Positions 25,801 through 38,702 of a stretch of 64,000 nt of DNA are shown piece after piece. Position numbers and translations under genes: made by a program. The notes beneath the pieces are model-generated. The model was not told the DNA's origin and searched no databases. It was given only the letters and a program-made list of their open reading frames with translations. Source of the stretch: Podarcis liolepis (Eukaryota); the NCBI GenBank assembly GCA_965112155.1, contig OZ218107.1; one strand, 5' to 3'. Within the stretch, counting starts at the first letter, position 1, and the number at the start of each line of letters is the position of its first letter.

Positions 25801-28800
25801 AGCCAAGGAGTGACTTAAACTTACAACATCTGTATTCAGGTCCGAGGGTTTGCTGAAGAGAGGGCTACTGCCGCCACTCTGCCCACCTGCACTGCCCATG
25901 CTACCTGTACCTGAGGAGGGAGATTCCAGGCTGCCTTGCCGAGCTAACGTGGTACTAGGGCTGGGCATTGCAGATGTGGATTTGGCACCTTCTGTATTTG
26001 GTGCAGGGGCAGTTTTGCCACTTGCTTTGGCACCAAACAACCTACAGGAAAAAACAAAGGAAAGAAACAAAAGTGTTATTTGGAAAAGCCAAATTTTCAC
26101 GTAATAATGCTCTGAAAGCCAAGGCACGGGAATAATGAAAACAGCTAATATAAGGCCCTTCTCTTCCCCCCCCCCCCCAATTGCTTCTCACAATCAAATC
26201 CGCTTAAGCCCTTGGACATACTTTATTTTACTGTTTCAAAAGCATTAATTCCAAGATTTGTCTTTTGAGAGGAAACAGACCTTCCCAGGGAGATGAAAAG
26301 CACAACAGCCCTGTGTGATGAGATTGCGTAAAAAGATTAAACTTTCACCCAAATCCAGTGGTTAGCACAAAATCTTCAGTAGTTAGGACATTTGTTTTTA
26401 AATTAGCACAGCATGGGCTGGACAGCCTTGTAAATAGTTGGACCCCCCCATTTCAAAATCTTTTTTTTTTATTTTTAAAGAAGTAATTATACTTATACGA
26501 CATGCAAGATGCTAATTTGAGGTCTGTTCCCTATCTGCGTATGTGTGAAAAGATTTTGCAATTGTGTGTGGGGGTGGGGGTGGAGAAATACTATTTTAAG
26601 TTTTGGATATACAGTTAAGGCTATGACAATTTCTGTTTCTGCGGGGTCTGAAATATTCTGCATCACCTTATGCAAAGGGTTTTCTAGATTTACAGTGCAG
26701 TGTACTAAAAGGAAACAAAAAGCAACTGGCATAACGTTTATGATAAAAACCATAGCAACCAAAATAGTATATTTGATAACTCTTATGCAAAAGCATTGTG
26801 CTGGCAATTAGCCACAAGAGGGCAGCATTGACTTTGTTTCAGAAAAGAAATAGGCTTGGATTCCTAAGATTTATGGTATGATGTATAGTGCAAAGTTGCT
26901 AAGATCAGTAAACGCTGATGTTCGGATGCCACCAGCAGTGTAAAATAGAATGATGGATTTTATTTTGCACCCCCTCCCCTTTAGTTCCTACTGAAAATCC
27001 TGTTACAATATTAGAAGATCCAAAACCAATGGGTTGTATTCAAACCAGCTTTACTCAGTGTAGACCCATTGAAATCGATGGCCTAGTAGGCCCATTCATT
27101 AAATTGTGTCTATTCTGAGTAAAAGTTAGCTGACTACAACCCAGAACATTTTAAAAACAATTTGCAAAATATATAGTTAATGAAATTCAGTTTCCTCATC
27201 TGCATCCATTAGCTATCCAGGAAAAATTACAATCAGAAAAATTATAGTCAGAGTGACATTTATTCCTTAATAATCCCTCATCAGGAAGCCTTTCAGTTTG
27301 TTAAAGGAATACCAAGCTGTCTCCGATATGCCCTTCTCGGCCACTACCTATAAAAATCACATTGTTTCAGTTCCTCCAGGTCCCACTTCCAGCCCTATGT
27401 ATGTGGGTGCTATTCCTGGCTGGATGGGAAAACTGCATTTGCTAACAGTTGCTACAAGCAAAACTTCCCAACCCCAGCTATGCTGTTGCACCCTGAGTTA
27501 GCCACCTGGAATAGCATCAATCTGCTGTTAATGACTGGATTTAGGCCCTGCCCCAATTATTTCCTCCCTGATGGACACTCTTCAGAGTCTCTAAAGAGGA
27601 CACAACCAGGATGCTGCTGTATGGAGCTTTAGAGAGAGGGACGCACACAGCATAGAGCTTTATTGATTTTCAAATGATTTAGCAATCAAAGTTCATGGGT
27701 TGGAATGCCAGTGGGGATGGGAGGTGGTTCTCATCGCCTGCTTTTCACTTCACAGCCATGATGGTTCTCTCAGATGCCTACTTGAAAGGCTCTGCACTTG
27801 TACTCCAGAACCTTCCTAGGGGTTACTTTATCTGAGAAATAAATATTCGCATTTCTATTGCAGAATCAGAACGGACCGGTGTTCACTTATCTAAATATAA
27901 AACATCACTTCCGAGAGCCGGAGGTGATTGCGGGAAGCAGAGTATAAGTCTGTGCTTGCTCTGTAGAATTCTCGGGAAGGAAACAGAATAAATAGTGGAA
28001 TATGAGGCCAATATTAATATCAGTTGCTTAAAGAAAACTTGTTCAGTTCATACTTACAGATGAAAAAAGGGGTCTCGTCTGATTACAGTGGTACCTCGGG
28101 TTACGTACGCTTCAGGTTACATACGCTTCAGGTTACAGACTCCGCTAACCCAGAAATAGTACTTCGGGTTAAGAACTTTGCTTCAGGATGAGAACAGAAA
28201 TCATGCTCTGGTGGCGCAGCAGCAGCGGGAGGCCCCACTGGCTAAAGTGGTGCTTCAGGTTAAGAAGTTTCAGGTTAAGAACGGACCTCCGGAACGAATT
28301 AAGTACTTAACCCGAGGTACCACAGTATAAGCGATGGGCTAGGTATCAATGTGGGGAGGACCGAAAGTTGCCTTATACTGATTCTGACAATCTAGCTCAA
28401 TATTGCAGCACTCCAGGATTTCTGGCAGGGTCCTCTCCCAGCACTACCTGGCCATGTTGGAGATTGAACCTGAGAGCTTCTGAATGGAAAGCAGATGTTC
28501 TACCACTGAGCTATGGCACTTCCCCTCACACAAAAACAAGCTGAGTCCAGACCCCCTGGTACACAGGTGGCAGATTGTAGGTTTGGAGAGAATGAACCTA
28601 TGGTCAGCCTGTAAATACACTAAAATATCACAAATGCCCCCAAGTCTTCAGTGATCTCATTCCAAAAGAAACCAGGCCCATGTGGCATGCTGTTCCTCTG
28701 GAACTTCTCGACTCTCTGGGCAGTGGGCCGAGCATAACATTGCCATTTCACAGAAAACCCCTTACCTTCTGAATGTGGGCGAGGCAATGTCTGGATATTT

Positions 28801-31800
28801 TGAACCTGGCTGCCTGAGGCCTGGTGTTCCACAGGCACTGGCTGAGGTTGGACTTGATTTTGGAGAGCTGGACAGCGACACACTCTCAGAATCAGAAACG
28901 GCCACTTTTTCCTTCTCTTTGTCTGTCTGGTTGATGGTGACAGGGCTGGAGCGCCCTGAGCCAATCTTCGTAGGTTCCCTCAGTTTGTTGGTAGCGGCGG
29001 CCCCTGCAGACTTGCTGCTCACGTTGGAGTCGATGCTGCTGGTGCTTGACCTGTGTCCGCCTCTGCCAGGAATCCCACTTGTGCTTGACTTCGAAGGACG
29101 CGGCAAACTTCGGTACTGCAGGGTAGTCTTTGAGCTCACGTGCAGCACGCCGTCGTCTTGATTCTGTGAGCCATCTAGGCTGGTTTTCCTCCCTGCATTG
29201 GACTTCCCACCAATAGCTGCAGATTTGGGCATCTTCCCCAAGGTAGCCGATCCACTTGTTATGGTTGCACCGCTTGCAGAGATTATGGTTGAAGAGCCAA
29301 CCCCAGCTTTCTTGAAACCAAAGGAACCGGTAGCTGTTGATCTGCCAATGCCCGAGGGTGGCTTTTTCCCCTCGTCACCACTGCTTTTCCCTGCATCTGA
29401 AGGTGAGCGCTGGATAGAAGCTCCTTTGAGGGGAGTTTTTCCTTTTTCTGAAGCCTTTGCATCATCTGTTTTTCCTAACAGAAAGCAGAGTTTTTGTAGT
29501 AATTCATATCTGCAGCAGTACATTTTCAGTAAAACATGCAAATATGTAGAATGATAGGTTTTTTATGGATTTTGTAAGAGAGAAGTGGTTTGGCATTTCA
29601 GGATGAGAGGTGTGTAAAACTGCCAGGCAGAATTCCACCATGCAATGTACTCATTTTGTCAATGGCCATAGATCGCTTAAGATATTCTGGTTGATTCACT
29701 GAACTACATTTCCCCCCCTGCCATACTTCCCCATTATTAACATTAAATGGAGCATAGATGTCTGCATACTTCACTCATCCACGTACAGCAATGAACTGAT
29801 TCAGTTTTTAAACCCATATACACAAATTCACAAGACCCTGTCAGGATGTTTGGAAGAAGTCAGAACCTATGGAGACCATTTCATCAGAGAGTTCAGTTAA
29901 ACTCAATTTAGGTGGAGTTCTGAACTACTCACAGTGGCCAATCAGATGCCTATACCACCTTTCCCCTCGAATAATATACGTTTGCTTTGAGCCAGAATTC
30001 ATTTGCTATTAATATTGTATGGTAAAGGTAAAGGACCCCTGGACGGTTAAGTCCAGTCAAAGGCAACTATGGGTTGCGGCGCTCATCTCACTTTCAGGCC
30101 GAGGGAGACTGCGTTTGCCAACAGACATGTGGTCATGTGGTCAGCATGACTAAACGGCTTCTGGTGCAACAGAACACCGTGGCGGAAACCAGAATGCATG
30201 GAAACGCCGTATAAGGAAAAACAGAATGGCACTATTGCTACTTCTGATCCGGACTTATAATTTAGATGATGTAACCTAGAATTACAAGTATTCTGCTAAA
30301 AACCCTTGATGCTTTTCACTTGCACTGCTGTTAAATCAGGTGTCACCTATTCTGTATTTCTGTACCTGATTTTTGCTTCCTAAGTACATAATGCTTTATT
30401 TATTTTTGTTGAAATTGGCTTCGTTAGTTTTGGCCCAGAACCTATTAATGTGAAGTAAGAGCCGATCTGCTTTCTTTAATTGTATTGCATTGGTAAGTTG
30501 GAATCCTTCCTATGACTTGTAAAATAGTGTATGCTTGTAATTCCAAGCATTGTGAAACAAGCATACCGAATTATAATATATTCATCACCACTCACATTAA
30601 AATTCATTGTTATTGTCTATCCCGACACATGCAACTATTATTAGCTGTTTGCAGTTAATAATAACACTTAGCTAAATTTGGTTGGCGTAGCCTTATAGCT
30701 TGTACTAAAAGCTGTTGGAAACTCCTCAAGCCTATTACTTAGGAATAATTGCAGGTTTCAGATGTGGTGTCCAACGAACTAAAATGTGTCTATTGATTTT
30801 CATTTCATTCATCTATCAATTTTTAGTCACTCATTACTAACACAAACATGCATAGTGCTATTTTAAAGTAATCTTTCACAAAGGCTGAACCTTCCTTATT
30901 GCATAGTGAATGCTAAGTGTATCTGAAATACCAGCCCAACTCATACATCTCACGCTTAGCAATTATCTGAATAGCAACTCTAATTCTCTCTAGAACTCTA
31001 TAGCTGCCTCTTTCTACTCAAAAAGAGAAGATGTCATGTGGAAATTTCCCTAACCCGTTCTCAGGGTCTTATGAATGAGAACAATAACTTGGAGCAAGTT
31101 GCACAACCGACTGCAAGTTCAGTTTCTGATGATGCCCATTCCTACCAGGCGTCTTGAGAGTGCTTGTTCCTGTTTTGTGCCTAGATGGCGCTGCTCCTAC
31201 TTGTGCGGTCATGCCTCTTCTCCAGGAGCCAGTCTGAGAGACAGACAGAGAGGTTTTCTGGCCCCCCTTCTCAGCATCTTCAAGCGCTCCAGAGGGATGG
31301 CTCTTCCATTTGCCACTGCCGTCAATGTTGCTGTCAAAATCTTCCTCTGGTTTCTTCAGTTCCTCGCTGCTGCCCCACGGTTCGCCATCTGTTACTGAAC
31401 GTTTCTCTGAATCAGTCTTCAGCTATGAGGAATTGATAACATGAAAATTACTCAGTAATTGTCTGGCTTTTATTTTCTTTCATTACGGCATGAGAGTGCA
31501 GGGATTAGGAGGAGGAAACAAAGATTCACTTTAACATCTTTCTTCCCTAGCTCCAACTGCTTAATAGTCTCTCTGAGAAGCTTTCCTCCACTAATTTTAC
31601 GAACAACAACACTACTTATATTGCTGGCACTAATGGTGTCATTTCAGGGAGATGTCTCAAATGTTATTAGCTTGAAGCAACACTGGTTTGTAAATGTCAA
31701 TTAATTTTTATTTTATTTTATTTTATTTTTTTAAAAAAACCCTATCCAAAAGAAGCAGTGTTTGTCTGACGCTTCCATATCTGCCTGAATCCCCTTGATT

Positions 31801-34800
31801 AGAACAGGCTTCCTCAACCTCGGCCCTCCAGATGTTTTTGGCCTACAACTCCCATGATCCCTAGCTAGCAGGACCATTGATCGGGGATGATGGGAATCGT
31901 AGTCTCAAAACATCTGAAGGACCGAGGTTGAGAAAGCCTGGATTAGAACATCAACATTGCCTAAGAGACCCTAAGACAATGGCCCCCATAAAATGGAAAG
32001 CTAGAGAACATTAAAAATGAATAACCTCTTGTTCCAGATTTTTCCAGACTCCAACACCCAAATCTTGGCATGACGACACTGGCCCAATGGACTTAGAATT
32101 ACATAACGAGTTAACCTGGAATCTTATTAGCATAAGCCTATTATGCTAAGTAAATGCTAAGTAATACCACTAAGTAAATGTATCTGGGTGTACTGCTGCA
32201 GCCTTCCACCCCAAAGCAAGCTTCCATGGAGCTCAGCAGGTGCCAGGACTACTACAAGAATGGAGGCATTGAGGACAGCTCCACATAGGCGCATTTGAAC
32301 CTCAGAACGTGCTCCTGAATTTCTGAATCAAAGCTGTTGCCTTCAGTATTCACAACCCAGAGGGCACAATACAGACCATGCAGGCATAGACCTTGCATGG
32401 AGAGGATATCCTTAAGTGCCACCTTCCTCTACCTACAGGTGCGCATGGGCAGGTTGCACAACCGGCTGTTAGTTGGAATGGAGGATCAGATCTCCTACTC
32501 TACTCAGTTAAATTCACTCACGTGCCATGGAGGTTGGTGGTGCAAACAGGGGTGTGTGTCCAGCTTTCCCATTTCCCCCTAATACCATCTTGTACCATCT
32601 CGCCATGCGCCTATATGCACATACGGTGGGGTGAGAAGGTGGCAGCCTTCTGCCGCGTATGGGAATCTTCTGCATATGGATGCTGGGCCTATGAAAAACT
32701 GGGGCATCTACAGAGGATGTCCTTCGCACCGCATTCACTAACAATAGTAAAGGTAAAGGGTAAAGGGACCCCTGACCATTAGGTCGAGTTGTGGACGACT
32801 CTGGGGTTGCGGCGCTCATCTCGCTTTATTGGCCGAGGGAGTCGGCGTACAGCTTCTGGGTCATGTGGCCAGCATGAGTAAACCACTTCTGGCGAACCAG
32901 AGCAGCGCACTGAAACGCCATTTACCTTCCCGCCGGAGCGGTACCTATTTATCTACTTGTACTTTGACATGCTTTCGAACTGCTAGGTTGGCAGGAGCTG
33001 GGACCGAGCAATGGGAGCTCACCCTGTTGCGGGAATTCAAACCGCCAACCTGAACGGCAAGTCCTAGGCTCTGTGGTTTAACCCACAGCGCCACATGTGT
33101 CCCTCTTACAAGTGACCCGCGTCACTTACAATAGCCAGCTGATAATAATTTGCAACAATTGGTACCAATTGTGGCCGTTACCAAATGCTGCTTATAACCA
33201 GGCGCATGTAGAGCTTGCCTGAGGTCTGGGGCAGGAGTCTTGTTAGAATAAAGTTATAAGCTCAAACCGATAAGGTGACTTCTTTCCATTGCCTTTAAAA
33301 CAGCAACAATGAACAGGGTCTCTTTAGCTTGATTTCATGTCTTGGGCTCATGCGCCAAAAACAGAAAACAAGAAGCAAATTCAAATGTGTCAAAAGTTTG
33401 CAATATGCTTACCAAAGTTGTCAGTGCTGCAATAACTGGCTTGACTGAAATGTGGCTCTCATTAGGTGCCAATAGGCCAACATAGGGCACAACAGCTCTT
33501 TAAAATAGCCGGGCTGCAATCTGTATCCTTACACATGGCGCTTGCATTTATAAAAGGGGTGTGATAATCACGAATAGCATGACACTTTACCTTTAAACCA
33601 CCCCCTCCTCATCAGAATAAAGTACAGAACTTCTCTGAGTTCCTAAAAATTTCAAGCTGTGAGCAATAGAAAATGTGATAGTGCCATTAAACTCCAGCAG
33701 AGTTTATGACTCTCCACAGGCCCTTGATGAGGAAACAGGTCTTCCTCTTTGGTACACGAAGATACATGCACAGAAGTTGGTGCTTGTTTGTCTTTGTATT
33801 CAATTAACTGTTTCATTGTGGTTTTATGACGTCACTGTGTCATCAGATTTGCATAATTATATTTGCAAATTGTGCTGGGAGAAGCTTAGGAGGATTGCGG
33901 TTGTTGCAAACAAAGAAAAACAAACCACCCTGCAAAAATAAATAAAAAGGACATTTGGAAAAGGGGGAAAAAATGTGTGTGTGCAATAGTGAAATGGAAA
34001 AATAAGCAATAAAGCCCCTAAGCAGTGGCCTGGATTCATCAGGCTGCCAGTGCTAGACAGGGCAGAAAATGTCAACACCTACATGGGTATGTGCATTCTT
34101 TCTTGAAGAGGCAGTAATATTGGAATAAGAGCTGACCGATGATGTTGTGTTCAGATCATCTGTGCTGATGTTATCCAAAGTATCACTGAGGCCGCTGCTA
34201 ACTGAACTGCTGTCATCCCAGCTGCAGGCAGGTGGAGGCGGGGGAGAGAAAGAAAGAGAAGATGAGTATGTCATCTGTTCACACCTTGATGAGAAAATGC
34301 AAATAGAAATCAGCTAGTTCACCATTTCCCCACCACCACCAAAAAAAGAGGTTAGAAATTAAACAATACCTTAGAAATTAAACATGACATTGTATCATTT
34401 TCTAGGTGTTTTTAATTAACCATTCATTTCTTGCTAAAAATATATATGCCTTGATAGCAACTCCATCAGGAAGCCATTCAAAAAATGCAATTTCAATTTT
34501 TAGCAGGGCCAGGTATATATATATGTTGTTAGAGCTGGTCGCTTCATGGTTCGTTGCAATCACCTTTGGAACACTGCCAAGTGAAATTCATTACACCGGC
34601 CTGAATTTCTGGCCTTAGTTTTATTATTAAGCTTGAAGCACTTCTACGGGTTTCCCGGGAAAAAGAAAAGAAATATTTCTTTTGGATGTACTCTAACCAA
34701 CTGTCAAGCCCGATTCGTGTTTTAGATCTCAGATTAGGTTTGAAGTTTGTCCACCCTGTCTAGCCAACACCAACAATGCCTGAAGGAGGAAAGCATGATT

Positions 34801-37800
34801 GCAAAAATGGGAGGATATGCAGTGGACGTGTGTCAGGGAGCAATGATTGGATGCAGATCCTTGATGTAAATCCATTGCACGTTTTCAGCAAGCCTGCACA
34901 GCTTGTGACCGATTGATGTAGTGAAGGCTGCCAACTACACAGGGGAGTGACAACCACCCCCTGCTCTGTCCATCCCAGATAAGCAGAAATTTCCCTATCA
35001 GAAATTTGCTACTTTTCATGAGATTCCTATTGCTTTCTTCAAAATTCCTCAGATGTTTGCCAAACAGGAGCCACCAAGATTGCTTTGAAATCTCACATTT
35101 ATTTGTTGTGAGTTACCCTGGGGCGCTTTTTTTGTATTTTATAGCATGTGGTAGGACATAAATTGAATGAATAAATTGCAACAGTACTTTGGCCGCTGAG
35201 CAATTCCCTTGTCTATTGATTACTTTCTGCCCCAGGTTCAAAACCACCTATTAAGGCTTTAATTATCTTTAGTACTCAGTTTTGAGAGGATCTGAGAGTA
35301 TTTGTATCCAGGCTTTCCATACTCTCTGTAGACATCCCCCCCCATAATAATAATAATAATTCAGTAGCACACTTCAAAAACAATTCTGGGCTGTGTCCAA
35401 GTTTTAGTTTAAGTAAGAGGTGACCATTAAAAGTAGATGTTGAGCTGCTAGATAAATGGAGTTGGGTCAGCCAGATTTTTAGTTGAATTGCACAGTCATG
35501 GCAGGCGTTTTACCATCTGCAGACCCCCACATCAAGAAAGAGAGCCACCACACTATAAAAAGCTGTTTTTCACTTGAGTGTACCACATTAGCTTTTTCTG
35601 TGACACTTCTTGATGTGTAAGCAAATGCAGCTGTTGCTTCATCTCACAGCTGTTGCATAAACAGTACACCCTCCCCAATCTATTAAAAGAAGCTGGTGGG
35701 GTGAGGTGTGAGGTGGCCAGACATGATGGAGCTGAGCGATTAGAAAGACTTCTGCAGGCAGAAACTCAATCATTTGAGGAATGTTTAACAACTGCTGTTT
35801 AAAAAAAAATCAAAGCGACTTCATGGTTTTTTACAATAAATGTTTAGACTCTTCACTGCTGCCGTATCATGTCAATGATAATGTCCATGTGTAATCGGAA
35901 ACATGCCATTATCTTAAATAAGAATTTCCCTAAGCAACTGCCTGCCAGATAAAATAATTATCTCAAATTAGAGAGTGCCATTAATTTTGTTTGCTATATT
36001 TGCTAGATTTAATCGGCTTTCTCTGAAACTCATGCAATGAACTTATCACTGGGTTAGGTCATCAGAAGTTCAATTCAAGCACTTCATTCTCATCTGATGG
36101 ACCAAACTGCATGGAGGAAGATGTGAATTTGAGCAGTCACATGTAAAGCAGGGGCAGGGTGCAATTTAAAAGTATAAAAAGCACACACAGGCAAGCCTTC
36201 CTACGTCTTCCTCGGCAGCAAACCTGCCTATAGCTGATTTCTTTACAGCTATGCTGACCTCTGGTAATGGAGCCTGGAAGAGGGATAGCTGCATTTTAAG
36301 ACCAGGGGGTGGGCTAATCCACAGGCCATATCTGTGCATGAAGCAATTACTGATGCCCTCCAACAATATAGCTGCTGCACTGATGCAAATGTGAGCAGGA
36401 GGTGATGCTAAGCAGCAGGTGGTCTGTTGAGCCCTCTCAGGGTGCTAGTGTGAGCAAAGAGTTTTCAAACCTCTCCACTCAAGACTAGAGCAACGTTGGT
36501 GATGTGGATCTCTCCAACACCTTGCTCAACAGACAATGGTGAATAGCAACGCTTTTGCCTTCTGTCCTGATTCACTGTGGCTTTCTGCCTTGAATAGCAC
36601 AGTAGTAGATGCTTCTGGAGCAATGCAGTGGAATTCTCCATCAAGTAAGAATGAGGAGAGTTTTTCTAGGGGAGGGAAAGCTCGCAAGGAAAACTCCACC
36701 TGTCTTTGACAATCTGAGGGGTTTTTTCAGTGGAGGAGATTGGAGGAAACTGTCTCCTTTCATTTGCAGGTAGGAAGTGAAGAAATACCCATTGCTCCAC
36801 TCCTTCCCCACCATCACCCCCACCCCAATTATTGGGCACAAATGAGTTGATTTAACATGGAATAAGGAGGGAAGGGAGTGTGGGAATCTAAAATGGAACA
36901 GCAGAAGGATTTAACAGAATAAGGGGTGGAGTGCATATAGCTCAGTAAATTTAATTATTGATAACATATTGAATCAATAAATAAGGGAGAGAGGAATTTT
37001 GGCTTTGGTTATGTTCACTTTTAAACTTTGGCCACACCTAGCTTTACACTCCAGCCACACCCACTTTGACATGTGGCTCCCAAAAGGTTTGCCCTGGATC
37101 TTTGTGGCCCTCAGCCCAAAAAGGGTTAGCCATGTCATCCCTGTTTTAGGAAATGAACTACAGTTTAGGGAAGGGAGAGAAGTAGCAGATAGGGGGAAGA
37201 ATTCTGAATCCACAGACAAAAAGGTTCCTCGTGTACTTTAAATCACCTTTTCCCATTTTCCCACTTTATAAGTGAGGCTGATTTTAAATTAGCTTTTTCC
37301 CCACCTTCTATCCTGAGCTAGTATTTTCAAGTGGCACATTTATCTAGATATGAATAGGCTTTTTTTTTACCATCACTTGTGAAAACACCTTTAAGATAAA
37401 CACCTACAAGTTTTGAAGGTCAGGTGTTAAGCGGTTTTGCCATTCTAGAACTATACAGTACACAATTGACAGAGGTAAATGTGTTCTTTTACGGATCAAT
37501 AGAAAGGTGAAGAATCTTGGGAGTCTGGCCTCATAAGCAGCTTTGCTCATTAAATAACAACCTAAATTTAGACATCGAGTTGAATTAGGGCAGGAAAAGG
37601 ACTTTATAACTGATTCACTAACTTCCTTATGAATTATTTCTAGCTCGTTAAGGTAGACAGATAAGAAAATAATTGGAGCATTTTACTGAGAAAACCTCTC
37701 TGTAATATACCATTAAACATCAATTGCGAAGACTGCCTTCATCACCATGACACCAAGTTCGATCCATCAACCATTTTTGTGTTCAGTCCTGGGCATGGCG

Positions 37801-38658
37801 GCTAATGAGTCATAAAGCAGCAGCACTACCCCTGTCTAGTCAGATTCAAGATGGCACAGACTACATAAAAATGAAGCCGCTGTCTGTACAAGTCAGACTA
37901 CACAATGAATCCTTCTAGAAGTTTATAACAGCTATTCTATCTTCATAGGTAAATGCCTATGAAGGCCGTTAGACTCATACTTTACCTTCCTTTCCACAGC
38001 AAGCGTAATGCATTACCTGTCATTTTCAAGCATGGCAACCACTGAAGCATAAATTCCCTATAACTTCAGGGTCATAGAATATATTTCATCACCATTTTCA
38101 CAGCTAAATTGTATGTGGCTAGGAAAAAAATAGGAATAAACAAATGGAACCACCACTATCTATTACTCTTTAAGGTACCTTTCCCTGTAGGTTTAGGAAA
38201 AATGGAAACATACAACAAAATAAAATGAGGCATTTTACCATTCAATAAAAGGGCATCTTGTTTTACACATGAAATTATCCCCTCAAATATTTCTGAGTCA
38301 CCACATGTAGTAAACAAATATGTAGAACCAGGGTTTAAAATTCTCTGCCTGAAATAAGATATATATTCTGCAAGAGCAGCATGGGAGCAACTAATCTGCT
38401 GATTCAATTTTAATTGGGAGTCAAACTTTTTAACTTTGATTTCTGTTTGAAGTAAGAGTACAACTGGAGTATTACAGGTATCTGACAAAGTTATCTGTTG
38501 GATTGGTAATGAAGTCAAAATGAAACAGACTGCCCCTAGATTCTCAAATATTAAAAAGTGGCAAACAATATGTTGTTCATTATCCTTCATCATATTCAAA
38601 ACAGATTAGTGGCATAACATTTAAGTGGATTTCAAAAATGTTTAGCTCTAGATATGTA

Positions 38659-38702
<44 letters not shown>

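Noticed and set aside
30986-31002. 17-nt exact match ctctctagaactctata with 63455-63471
   Set aside because: Low complexity; one such match in 64 kb is not clearly beyond chance.
25850-31436. Plus-strand ORFs 25850-26104, 28682-29161, 29198-29554, 31075-31398, 31185-31436
   Set aside because: Antisense shadows of GC-richer NAV3 exons; no independent gene signal.
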